Assembly: GCA_027022365.1 (NCBI GenBank)
Contig: JALVYU010000026.1
Location: 224,001-288,000 of the forward strand
From: Desulfurococcales archaeon
GTDB lineage: Archaea > Thermoproteota > Thermoprotei_A > Sulfolobales > Desulfurococcaceae
Direction of reading: 5' to 3'
DNA length: 64,000 bases
The position numbers were made by a program, and so were the translations under genes. The notes below the pieces were generated by a model, which made no database searches, had not been told where the DNA came from, and saw only the letters and a program-made list of their open reading frames with translations. Of this stretch, positions 41,953-51,256 are shown piece after piece (the stretch's first letter is position 1; each line of letters starts with the position of its first letter).

Positions 41953-43104
41953 ATGAGGGGCCAGGCGGCTGTTATTGGTGTTGCCTTGTTCTTCATAGCC
42001 ATGATCATAATGGGGGCCGTGTTCCTCAGCCTAGTCTCCAAGACTGTGAAGCTGTTCATAGCCGAGGAAATGTCGCTAAAGTACCTGGAAAGAAGGGCCC
42101 AGGAGAGCTTAAAGATTGTATGGGGCTGGGATATGGTGTCGGCTACAGAGGGGTATCCCAAGCTTATCATAAATAATACTGGGTCAGTGCCGATACATAT
42201 TGTCCAGGTTAGGCTCAGTATAAGGGAGAAGGATCCAGACAGGCTCTCGTGGTCCAAGATAGTCCAGGGACCATGGATCATAGCCGAGGATAGGGATCTC
42301 CCTGTAGGAGGCTCACTAGTAATAAAGGCTAACCAGAAACTTAACAGGACACAAATAGAGTACTGGTACAAGAACAACATGACAAGAATACTAGAAGCAA
42401 GAATAGTGACAAGATACGGAAACGTATTCAGAACTGTATATGTCCCGAGACCTCCGAAGTCAGGTCTAAAACCGGGATACAACACGATATTATTCTACTG
42501 GTCTGCTCATGACTGGATGGATATAGAGAATAATGACTGGTGGCATGGAGACAGGCTGGGCTACTATAAGATGACTGCTCCGGATGGTGCTTGGAGCATT
42601 GACGGGGGCAATATCGAGATCCCCGAATGGACTACGGTCTCCTCGAAGACCATTAGCTTTGAGTTCATGGTTTATCTGCCGGGCACGGATAGTGACGGAT
42701 ATGTTTTGGGCAGTAAGAACTATCTCGTCCTGGCCGTAGAGTTTATTGATAAGGGCACGGGGCCCGCCTATCCCGCGACGGTCTACTATTCATGGTCCCT
42801 GATAATTACCGGTCTCGATGGTAGTAGCGTATACAGTGTCTCTACGGGAGAGATAGAAGACACAATATCTGTTCCTGACGGGGTTCCCCACACGGCGTGC
42901 TTCAAGCTGGAACCAGGCAACCCCAAGTTCATAGTATTCGACGACATCCATGTAGAGAAGTCTCTCGACAAAACACCTAAGAATATCGAGCCAGGCTGGT
43001 ACATCGTAGAGCTGAAAATAAGGCTCAGAGCAGAGGCCGGGGGATCCGCTACACTTGGCCTTAAAAGCGTATTCCTATACATAAGCAACAAGAATTTATG
43101 GTAA
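41953..43104 (+). CDS. Large pilin-like protein with class III signal peptide
   Basis: MRG/QAAVIGVALFF prepilin site; ERRAQESLKI, INNTGSVP..IV, VTRYGNVF archaeal pilin motifs; extra C-terminal domain. Confidence 0.75.
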   Translation: MRGQAAVIGVALFFIAMIIMGAVFLSLVSKTVKLFIAEEMSLKYLERRAQESLKIVWGWDMVSATEGYPKLIINNTGSVPIHIVQVRLSIREKDPDRLSWSKIVQGPWIIAEDRDLPVGGSLVIKANQKLNRTQIEYWYKNNMTRILEARIVTRYGNVFRTVYVPRPPKSGLKPGYNTILFYWSAHDWMDIENNDWWHGDRLGYYKMTAPDGAWSIDGGNIEIPEWTTVSSKTISFEFMVYLPGTDSDGYVLGSKNYLVLAVEFIDKGTGPAYPATVYYSWSLIITGLDGSSVYSVSTGEIEDTISVPDGVPHTACFKLEPGNPKFIVFDDIHVEKSLDKTPKNIEPGWYIVELKIRLRAEAGGSATLGLKSVFLYISNKNLW

Positions 43105-43107
43105 TTT

Positions 43108-44025
43108 TTACCAGAGGGGTCTTCCTATATCATATAGTTTTTTATAATATGGTGCAATTATATTCTCCACCTCAGAACATGGGTAGGGTTTAATTGGGAA
43201 TTCTGGCTCATAGCCTGCTGACAGTTCTGCCAGGTAGAATATGTGGTTTTTCCATGTGAAGTTAAAGCATCCTTTCAATCTAGGAGGGGGATTATCAATG
43301 GCTATTGCCACGTATGCGTGATCAGCTGGGAAACCATTTGCTGGGCAGGCTTTAGCTGTTATATAAGCCACCCATAAACCAGCGTCAGCCGCTAGCTCGA
43401 TAGCTAAGCCAGATTTAGTCATACAGTTTCCCTCGTCATATACTATTTCAAGAAGTGCATCGTATGATCGTGGTTCCCACTTGTAATGGATCTGTGAGGC
43501 TATACTTAATATCATTAGGGCTAGTCTGTACTCAGTGTAGTTTGACGGGTATTCTTCAACGTATTTTCTTAGTGTAGTAGCTATTGCCTTTATGATTGGT
43601 TCTGAACCCCATTCCGGCATGTTGTTAAGGTGTAGTTCTATTACGAATTCTGGAATAATTATTTCTAAGACAACATATCTATGAATTATGTCATCGTAAA
43701 AGTAGAACTTTCTAGTAATTGTTGAGGAGTTTGCATGGTCTATAATGCTTAGTAATTGCAATAAGTTGTATTTCCCTGTTACTAGCTTTCCCTCTCTAAC
43801 CATTCTATCAGAGTACAGTATGTAGTCTCGGTATATCCTTTTCCATTCTTCAATTGTTTTATTAACAACGAGTATTATTCTATTGTTCTGTGTTGTTGTG
43901 GTTTGGTTTTCTTCTTGTTCTCTCTGTTTCAGTTCTGCAACTATGTTTGTATACATTACGTGTACGAGGAGTATGAGCACTATGACGATTAATGCCGTAG
44001 CGGCCGCTTTATGTATTGTTCTCAT
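43108..44025 (-). CDS. Membrane-anchored transglutaminase-like (Cys-His-acid) protein
   Basis: N-terminal TM; EGNCMTKS, DHAYVAI, YLAE. Confidence 0.75.
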   Translation of the reverse strand: MRTIHKAAATALIVIVLILLVHVMYTNIVAELKQREQEENQTTTTQNNRIILVVNKTIEEWKRIYRDYILYSDRMVREGKLVTGKYNLLQLLSIIDHANSSTITRKFYFYDDIIHRYVVLEIIIPEFVIELHLNNMPEWGSEPIIKAIATTLRKYVEEYPSNYTEYRLALMILSIASQIHYKWEPRSYDALLEIVYDEGNCMTKSGLAIELAADAGLWVAYITAKACPANGFPADHAYVAIAIDNPPPRLKGCFNFTWKNHIFYLAELSAGYEPEFPIKPYPCSEVENIIAPYYKKLYDIGRPLW

Positions 44026-44350
44026 CTTCCCCCTCCTTGAAAGGCTCTATTATTATCTTGTCGCCGTCCCCGCGTATTTTTACCAGTTCATACTTATCCA
44101 GGCCGGTTTTCTCTGCTAGTTCCCAGGGTATGTTTACCCTGTACTGTCCCCGCCCTTTGGTCGGCTTCACGACGTAGTAGTCTATACGCTTGACCACCAG
44201 CTTATCGTCCTGGACCGTTACCAGGACCCGCTCTCCTTCTTTGAAGGGGGCTTTATCCTCACCAATATACAGTCTCAGCTTCCCCCTCCCCACATCCACT
44301 ACCCTGACCGGGCCCATGCCCCGTCTAAGCACAATCTTATCACTGGTCAT
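44009..44350 (-). CDS. Tandem AbrB/MazE-type DNA-binding protein
   Basis: FKEGERVLV....KLVVK and GQYRVNIPWELAEKTGL...KIIIEP; likely start MTSDKIV at 44350. Confidence 0.7.
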   Translation of the reverse strand: MTSDKIVLRRGMGPVRVVDVGRGKLRLYIGEDKAPFKEGERVLVTVQDDKLVVKRIDYYVVKPTKGRGQYRVNIPWELAEKTGLDKYELVKIRGDGDKIIIEPFKEGEDENNT

Positions 44351-44354
44351 CAAC

Positions 44355-45551
44355 ACTATTTCCAAGGAGCCCGGCTTCAGGTATATCGACGCCTTCTTCC
44401 CCGACAAGTGTAGATATGATAACATCTACCTCGCCACTTTTAGCCTTCTTAACAAGTTTTAGTCGCTCTTCCTTCTTCGTATCACTTGTTAAAACGGCTA
44501 CTTCATCGTCAGAGAACCCCATGTGGTTAACAATTGTTCTTTGGAATTCCTTAGCAGTAGCTTTACGAGATGTATATACCAGTACTGGCTTCAGGTTATC
44601 ATTTTCTTTAATACCATAGACCGTTAAAATATCAATTAATATTCGAGCTTTATGCGAGGGTTCACTCGAGTTGTATAGTTCGTCGAGGTCTCTATGGGGT
44701 ATTATCTTGTTTCTTTCGATGGCTCTCCTGTAGCTTTCACGGAATGCTTCCTTACCGTATCTTGATAGTGTTGACTCGAGGAACTTAATTATCTTGGGAT
44801 CTCCACTAGGTAGTGCTCTGAATAGGGCATTGTAGACCTTGTTTTCGAGATCGCTCATTTCTGCATCGAACAGGTCTGCTATGGCTTTTGGAGGCTTGAA
44901 GTTAGGGTCCATTTCTTCTAATCTCCTGAAATCATACGATAAGAGATGAGGATCACCGGTCACTTCTACAACTCCAAGGTCTAGCCGGTACCTCTTATAA
45001 CTGGGTAGTAGAGCCGTAAAACCAATTATAATATCCGGCTTGAGCTCCGTGAGTAGTTCCATGTAGTATTTCCCGCCAAAAAGCATGGTGTACCTCATCA
45101 ATTATTATCATTCTGAAGTCTTCCTTGAGAATAGATGTACATTTGAGGGCCGTCTGTGGTGTTGATATAACAATTCTTTTGCCAAGTTCAAGAAAGCTAT
45201 TACAGTTTCCCTCATATTCTTTACCGACGAGATCCCCGAATACTCTACTCCATAAGCCACATTCCCTTCCTCTCCCATACATTTGGTCACAGAGAAATCT
45301 GGTAGGCTCAATACAAGTATACGAGGGATACCATGTTGGAGACCGTAAAATGCCGTAAACATCTCGAGTAATGTTTTACCGCTACCAGTAGGCATAGAGA
45401 CTATAATAAACCTTGAACCTCTTTCTATAGCTCCAATAACTTCATTAGCAACATGTTCCTGATACTTTCTAAGCTTAAAACCAAGTATATTATAAACACG
45501 ATCATTGAAAGAGCCGAGTAAACTGCTCATATCCAAGGCCTTACGATACAT
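44355..45551 (-). pseudogene. SF2 DExH helicase pseudogene (two frameshifts, truncated after motif V)
   Basis: LRKYQ, MPTGSGKT, (EPTRFL), STPQ, IIIDEVHH, GFTA, STLVGEEGVDIP spread over three frames; motif VI absent. Confidence 0.85.
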
Positions 45552-45599
45552 GATAACATGACATAATAATCCGAAGAAGAATTATTTTTAATTTATTTT

Positions 45600-45780
45600 T
45601 TTAATATTTCCGGGTACTTCTTAATGACTGCTAGGAGCTTCCTTAATTTTTCTTCAGTTTCCTTTTTCTCTTATTTCCAGTTCCAATGTTGCTTGTTGGT
45701 GTAGTGGATAGGCACATCTCCAGCAGTAATTGGCTTTCTTAGGGTTGGTTGCTCCGAATTCCTGACATATTATGATTGTA
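45600..45780 (-). pseudogene. Probable C-terminal remnant of an archaeal tyrosine integrase (Zn-ribbon plus helical tail)
   Basis: IICQEFGATNPKKANYCWRCAYPL...LELEIREK/TEEKLRKLLAVIKKYPEIL with a frameshift; catalytic core not seen. Confidence 0.45.
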
Positions 45781-46257
45781 TTGTGTATTGTATTGATGTT
45801 TTTCTCTTATTCGTCTGCCCCTTTTAAGTACAAGTGAATGGTTAATAGACCGATTACATTTGTGTCGTCAGCATATCGTAAGAGTCTTTCAATAACAGCG
45901 ACTTTATAGTATCCTCGCTAACATATAATTGAACCACTGCTGTGGCCCCGCAGAAGTTGCTTCTCTATGTATTTAAAGAAGAGACTCGAACGCAAAAGTG
46001 AGGGCTCCCTGGCGGAACCATATATTTTAGTTCGGGTTTCCAATCTCTTACATTCTTCTATACCTCCATTTAGCCTCTTGTTATGATTTCAGTAAAGCAT
46101 GTTGAGCCCTTGTCTTGGTAATGCGTTTGTTCCGATCATTATAGCTTTTATAAACCTCTTATCAGTCCACTAGAGACAATAAGAGTAGTACCTAACATAC
46201 AATATAATATTCTATTCAATGAAGATCATAAAATAACTTAGTAAAAAAGCAATGAGC

Positions 46258-47658
46258 TTATCTACTAATCATGGATATTTCTATAGCTGAGGCATCGACT
46301 AGCGAGTTATACCCGATACAGAATACCTTGTCTACTATCATTGGCAACGCGTTGTACAATAGCCCGGTAGTTACGGACATTTCTAATTCTAGAAGTGAAC
46401 CGTCATTGCTGTATGTGAGGTTTATTAGTCCTAGATTTATCCCTATAACGTAGCAGTTGTCTCGTATTTTAACGCCATAAATTATATGTTTGACTATTAT
46501 CTCACCATTAATAGTTTTGTATATATGTTCATGTTTTCCAACGATGACTATTGTCATTAGCTCCTTATGATGATTAGCTCTTGAAAACATATTTGTTTTC
46601 ACATCATACATTATCAGTGTTTTGTTCTCTGGAACTATTTTACGATATGTCAAGAACGGGGGTAGATTCATGATTCTTATATTCTCCCCACAGATGGGGC
46701 AAGAGCCGATGTTTTGGTAGGGAGAAATTATTTTCTCTATTAGGATTAGTCCGCCTCTATGTACAATAGTCCCATTTCTTAATATCATAATTGGTTTAGC
46801 TATATATTCATCACCGCATTTTTCAACGTATATTAGGTTTGCTAACGAGTATGTCTTATTATCTATTTTCATTATGGTTTTGGGGAGTACATTGTATAAT
46901 ATTAGAGTTTCGTTACTATACATGCTCCTATTTGTTAGATGGAAAATCCACTCTCCAATGAATCTACCATGGCTATCAACTACTGATCCCGTCTGCATAT
47001 TAACATGTACGGTTCTAGTAATGTTTAGATAGTTGAAGACCGCGATATGAAACCCATCTTTAATTATCCAGCTAGAGTCTATCCGTGGAAGCGGCTTGTA
47101 TTTCTCACCGCACACAGCTATCCCTTTCTCGAAAACGAGCGTTATGTTAATCTTCGCTTTACTGTTATGCTGTATAACTACATACATTCTTTCCGATAAT
47201 ATTCTACATGATATCTTATTTAATAGGTTGCTTATGCTTTCTAGATCATTATGCTGGCACATAATAGCTCTGTAATCCTTATAACTATTGTATAATACAA
47301 CATAATATCTTGGATAAAATGAACCGTTGATTAATCCTTTCCCATATTTATTGATTATCTCATTAGCAATGCTTCTGAATATGTATAAATGTATCGTATC
47401 ATTAATATCACCCAAGGTTCTGACCTGATATAGCGTTTCTACCGGCTTTACAACAACGTCATGTGAGGCACTGGTAGTATTTATTGAGCTAGGCGAACTA
47501 AATTGATTAATGGATGGGGGGACGTTATATATCGTACCGCTAAGTACAAGTAATAGAATTAATATAGCGGTTGCGGCACCAGCTAGAACATATGTGGAAG
47601 TTTTACTTCCAACCATATATATCGCCTTCATACAGTTATGTGAAGCATGTTCCAGCAA
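46258..47658 (-). CDS. Membrane-anchored hypothetical protein (AT-rich)
   Basis: N-terminal TM VLAGAATAILILLLVL, S/T linker; true start probably MVGSK. Confidence 0.7.
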   Translation of the reverse strand: MLEHASHNCMKAIYMVGSKTSTYVLAGAATAILILLLVLSGTIYNVPPSINQFSSPSSINTTSASHDVVVKPVETLYQVRTLGDINDTIHLYIFRSIANEIINKYGKGLINGSFYPRYYVVLYNSYKDYRAIMCQHNDLESISNLLNKISCRILSERMYVVIQHNSKAKINITLVFEKGIAVCGEKYKPLPRIDSSWIIKDGFHIAVFNYLNITRTVHVNMQTGSVVDSHGRFIGEWIFHLTNRSMYSNETLILYNVLPKTIMKIDNKTYSLANLIYVEKCGDEYIAKPIMILRNGTIVHRGGLILIEKIISPYQNIGSCPICGENIRIMNLPPFLTYRKIVPENKTLIMYDVKTNMFSRANHHKELMTIVIVGKHEHIYKTINGEIIVKHIIYGVKIRDNCYVIGINLGLINLTYSNDGSLLELEMSVTTGLLYNALPMIVDKVFCIGYNSLVDASAIEISMISR

Positions 47659-48130
47659 GAGATGCTGCTACAGAAGGTTCAACACTACCGCACATATTCT
47701 GGACAACTGAGGTGTACATTATATTGCCAGCGGGATGATAGCTGGCAGATACTGTGCTCCCATCGAGCCAGAGGACTAGAGTTGTATGGTTATATATTCC
47801 TAGAGATATATCATAGTATCCTATTTGAACTAATGCGTAGCTATCAGCAACACAGCACGCGCCCCCTAGTAAGGCATCGCCTGTAGCGGTTCCTACACCA
47901 TAAGAATCTAAATCATTTGAACCAGTTATCTGAGCACTTACTTCGATAGAATCACAGTTACTGCTGGCCTGATTAGTGCAGTAAGGATCCCCGACACTAG
48001 TATTGATTTTACTCGCATTGTTAGCGTGAGTGATGAAAGGAATACTATATAGCCCTACGTATCCAGCCATAATCACTATAAATAAAAGCGGCATCATAAG
48101 CGTTAGAGCAATAAGCGAACGTTTCTCCAT
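47636..48130 (-). CDS. Small secreted Cys/Gly/Ser-rich protein
   Basis: Signal-like N-terminus; six Cys in the mature part. Confidence 0.65.
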   Translation of the reverse strand: MEKRSLIALTLMMPLLFIVIMAGYVGLYSIPFITHANNASKINTSVGDPYCTNQASSNCDSIEVSAQITGSNDLDSYGVGTATGDALLGGACCVADSYALVQIGYYDISLGIYNHTTLVLWLDGSTVSASYHPAGNIMYTSVVQNMCGSVEPSVAASLAGTCFT

Positions 48131-48571
48131 ATGTTTATCGCCTGATATTTTCCTAAATTAATAAATAACTTATATTTTTTCTTTCATAGAATGATTTTTC
48201 CTTTGGAAAAAGGCTTTAATACGGCTTGATGGTTGAAGAGAAAAGCGTCATGGTATCGAAGTTTCTAATACCTCAGATGATGATCTTGAAAACACTATAG
48301 CTACAGGAAGGATCTAGTTGTATAATTGTTGGGCAGTTTTTAGTGTGGTTTTTAATGTTAGCTGATAAACGACTTGGAACTAGTGTTCGTTAAATATCCG
48401 GCTTGTATATGTTCTTTCCCATGCGTATTTCATAAGTTTTACAGAAATGATTATCAATGTGTTTTTATAGGTGTCTATGCACCATAATTGTGCGTTAGGT
48501 GATATGAGGGATGTGTTTTAACTAGTGGGTCTGAAACACGTGTTCTTCACCCCAAGTCCTTATCCGTATAC

Positions 48572-49834
48572 ATGTCTAGGCGGTCTCTCCTCAAAGATCT
48601 AGGGAGAGACGAAGAAGCCATTATTGTGGCATGGATAGCTGACAAGCACGAAGACAAGATCGTTCTTAGAGATGCTAGTGGCTACAGGGAATTTAGAGTT
48701 AAGGGCTCGAAGGATCTCTCTGAACTGCCGCTTGAGACACTCGTAGTTATCGAAGGGGAGATTAGAGATGATATCCTATTTGTCAAGAAGGTTATACCCC
48801 TGACATTACCGCGCAGGGAAAGAGGCTTCGACTACACAAGTGTAACGCGGGACACCGACCCTGTTGCCGCGGCCAAGTATTCACCATGGGTTCTCCGCAG
48901 CAAGCTACTGCAGTCCGTAGTGAGGCTTCAGCAATATATCCTGGAGTATGTCCGCGAATTCCTTTACCGGGAGGGGTTCACAGAGCTACTGCCCCCGATA
49001 GCCAGCGTTGTCAGTGATCCTGGCCTTAGGGGTGCTAGGAAGCTTAGGACGAGCCTATATGGCGTCGAGTATGAGTTGACGAGCAGTGTTATAATGTATA
49101 AACAATCCTCCGCGGCAGTGTTTGAGAAGATATTTTACGTTGCGAGAAACATTAGGGAGGAGCCTCCCGAGAACATAGGGACTGGGAGGCACTTGGTGGA
49201 GTTCACGCAGATAGATCTGGAGTGGGCGCTGGCTAGCGTGGATGATGTGATAAGGCTTGCAGAGAGACTCTTAGAATACGTCTCGGAGAAGCTTGCGAGA
49301 GAGAAGAGCTGGTTGTATGGGGAGCTCGGCGTGGAGCCGTACGTGTTTAAGCCTCCCTTCCCAAGACTAACATACGATGAGGCACTAGAGGTTGCGAAGA
49401 GGCTCGGATACAGTGTTGAGTGGGGTAAGGAGCTGAGCCATGAGGCTGAGACAGCGATAGCGATGGAATACGATTCGCCAGTGTGGATCACAGGGTTCCC
49501 GGTCGTGAGCCGGGGCTTCTACTACCTCCCTGACCCAGACAGCCCACGGTATAACAGGGACTTCAACCTAATACTGCCTAGAGGCTATGGCGAGGTAATA
49601 GATGGGGGAGAACGTGAGTACAGGTACGAGGAACTCGTCAAAAGGATAAAGGCTGTCGGCGAGCCGCTGGAGAAGTATGAGTGGTTCCTCGACCTCGCAA
49701 GGGCGGGAGGTATCCCTCCCAGTGCTGGCTGGGGCCTAGGACTGGAGAGGCTGACAAGGTTCTTGGCGGGACTAAAGCACGTGGGGTTAGCAACGCCATT
49801 CCCGAAGCTACCAGGCGTGGCCGGAACTCCGTGA
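48572..49834 (+). CDS. Archaeal asparagine synthetase (AsnRS-like, AS-AR) with N-terminal OB-like extension
   Basis: DPG, ELTSSVIMYKQ, RHLVEFTQIDLE, GGERE, PSAGWGLGLERL, FPKLPG. Confidence 0.8.
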   Translation: MSRRSLLKDLGRDEEAIIVAWIADKHEDKIVLRDASGYREFRVKGSKDLSELPLETLVVIEGEIRDDILFVKKVIPLTLPRRERGFDYTSVTRDTDPVAAAKYSPWVLRSKLLQSVVRLQQYILEYVREFLYREGFTELLPPIASVVSDPGLRGARKLRTSLYGVEYELTSSVIMYKQSSAAVFEKIFYVARNIREEPPENIGTGRHLVEFTQIDLEWALASVDDVIRLAERLLEYVSEKLAREKSWLYGELGVEPYVFKPPFPRLTYDEALEVAKRLGYSVEWGKELSHEAETAIAMEYDSPVWITGFPVVSRGFYYLPDPDSPRYNRDFNLILPRGYGEVIDGGEREYRYEELVKRIKAVGEPLEKYEWFLDLARAGGIPPSAGWGLGLERLTRFLAGLKHVGLATPFPKLPGVAGTP

Positions 49835-49851
49835 CCTTGCAGAGATTATGC

Positions 49852-50055
49852 TCAGCGGCAGTAACGATTCATGATCCTAATTATTTTCTGGCCCTTTGAC
49901 CTACTCTTGGTTCTTGCTATTACCTCGTCTCCAGCATCGATGACGTCGATTCCGGCAAGATAATCTTTAATACTTTGGTAGCAGCGCTTATCGATTATAA
50001 TGATGTAGTAGCCGCTTGGATCACGTGGGCCCAGAGAAGCCATTATCGCCACCAT
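49852..50055 (-). CDS. Hypothetical protein
   Basis: Short ORF with upstream TATA-like run. Confidence 0.55.
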   Translation of the reverse strand: MVAIMASLGPRDPSGYYIIIIDKRCYQSIKDYLAGIDVIDAGDEVIARTKSRSKGQKIIRIMNRYCR

Positions 50056-50123
50056 TATAGTAAAATATATGTTATCTGGTCGAGTATTATTATTTAAGAG
50101 CCAAGTTTTATGGTGAACGTTAT

Positions 50124-50786
50124 ATGAAATGGAATGTTACATGTAAACCGTCCTACTCGTTATTAAAAGTAGAGCTCGAGCCAGGTGAAACTGTCACGAC
50201 CGAGCCGGGCGCGATGGTCTATATGAAGGGAGATATAGAGATCAAGACGAGTAGCGGCGGAATACTAAAGGGCATTATGAGATCAATGCTTGGAGGAGAA
50301 AGCTTCTGGCTCAACACATACCGTGCACGCTCACATGCAGAAATATGGTTCGCCCCAAGCCTTCCAGGCGATATAGAAGCACTTAACATAGATGGTAAAG
50401 GACTCATAATACAGGACACTAGCTACCTTGCACATCACGGAGACATATCAATAGGCACTGCTTGGCGGGGATTCCGCGGACTACTCGCGGAGGGAGAGCT
50501 CTTCTGGCTAAAAGCCGAGGGACGGGGACTAGTATGGGTTACGAGCTATGGCGGCCTCGAAAAACTCGAGCTGAAGCCTGGTGAAAGAGTAATCGTTGAC
50601 AACTTCCACTTCGTAGCAATGGACGACGGCATGAAATGGAAAGTGAGAAAGTTTGGTGGATTAAAATCATTCTTATTCGGTGGAGAAGGCCTTGTGATAG
50701 AGGTAGAGGGACCTGGTAGACTGGTATTACAGACAAGATCACTGCCACCATTCATAGGGCTAATATCAAAATACCTTAGAAAGTAA
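50124..50786 (+). CDS. TIGR00266/AIM24 family protein
   Basis: EPGAM, GGESF..N, APSLPGDI, GEGLV....GPG....QTR. Confidence 0.92.
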   Translation: MKWNVTCKPSYSLLKVELEPGETVTTEPGAMVYMKGDIEIKTSSGGILKGIMRSMLGGESFWLNTYRARSHAEIWFAPSLPGDIEALNIDGKGLIIQDTSYLAHHGDISIGTAWRGFRGLLAEGELFWLKAEGRGLVWVTSYGGLEKLELKPGERVIVDNFHFVAMDDGMKWKVRKFGGLKSFLFGGEGLVIEVEGPGRLVLQTRSLPPFIGLISKYLRK

Positions 50787-50792
50787 TGATAG

Positions 50793-50889
<97 letters not shown>

Positions 50890-50950
50890 AACCAGTATTT
50901 CAGAGTAGCAGGTTACCAAATTAAATCTTTTCTTCAAAAGGATTCTAGAT

Positions 50951-51028
50951 GGGTGCCGCCCGACGGAACCCGTACTCACCGGTCCCCGTGAGTCACGGGG
51001 ATCTTGTACGGGCGAGGCTCCGCCGTGC
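50951..51028 (-). ncRNA. Unassigned GC-rich structured RNA (long hairpin with K-turn-like motif)
   Basis: Nested stems CGGCGGAG/TTCCGTCG, CCCGTAC/GTACGGG, TCCCCGTG/CACGGGGA; BRE-TATA-like AGAAAAATCCTAAATAAA about 25 nt upstream. Confidence 0.55.
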
Positions 51029-51112
51029 AATAATATTTCTTCTCGTCTATCCTTTATTTAGGATTTTTCTCAACCGAATGAATATCGGGCTAGAAGATGG
51101 ATCGGGGAGAGA

Positions 51113-51256
51113 TGGTGGGCCCGGGGGGATTTGAACCCCCGACCTACGGGTCTCTCCCGGCTGTCCATTCTCCAGATCTATTTCATCCCCCTGATAGGGT
51201 CATAAGACCCGTAGAGATCTGGAGCCCGCCGCTCTGCCTGGCTGAGCTACGGGCCC
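51113..51256 (-). tRNA. tRNA-Trp(CCA) with 67-nt intron (51152-51218) containing C/D guide elements; CCA end encoded
   Basis: Cloverleaf GGGCCCG TAGCTCAG...CTCCAG^A CCCGT...GTTCAAAT...ACCA; CTCC/GGAG central helix. Confidence 0.93.

Larger units (their letters stand above)
23700..48500. mobile_element. Decaying integrated accessory island (ICE-like; VirB4 + type IV pilus backbone plus cargo); ends approximate
   Basis: Interrupts housekeeping genes; VirB4, pilus genes, ParB, two AbrB regulators, probable integrase remnant, several frameshifts, mosaic base composition; no att repeats found. Confidence 0.7.

Noticed and set aside
48495-48560. C/D-like words (GATATGA..CTGA; GTGAAGA..CAGA on minus) at the island's right end
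   Set aside because: Box set incomplete on both strands and no match to the left-end sRNA that would indicate an att duplication
50951-51028. Split tRNA half
   Set aside because: No TTCRA T-loop, D-arm or acceptor strand on either strand
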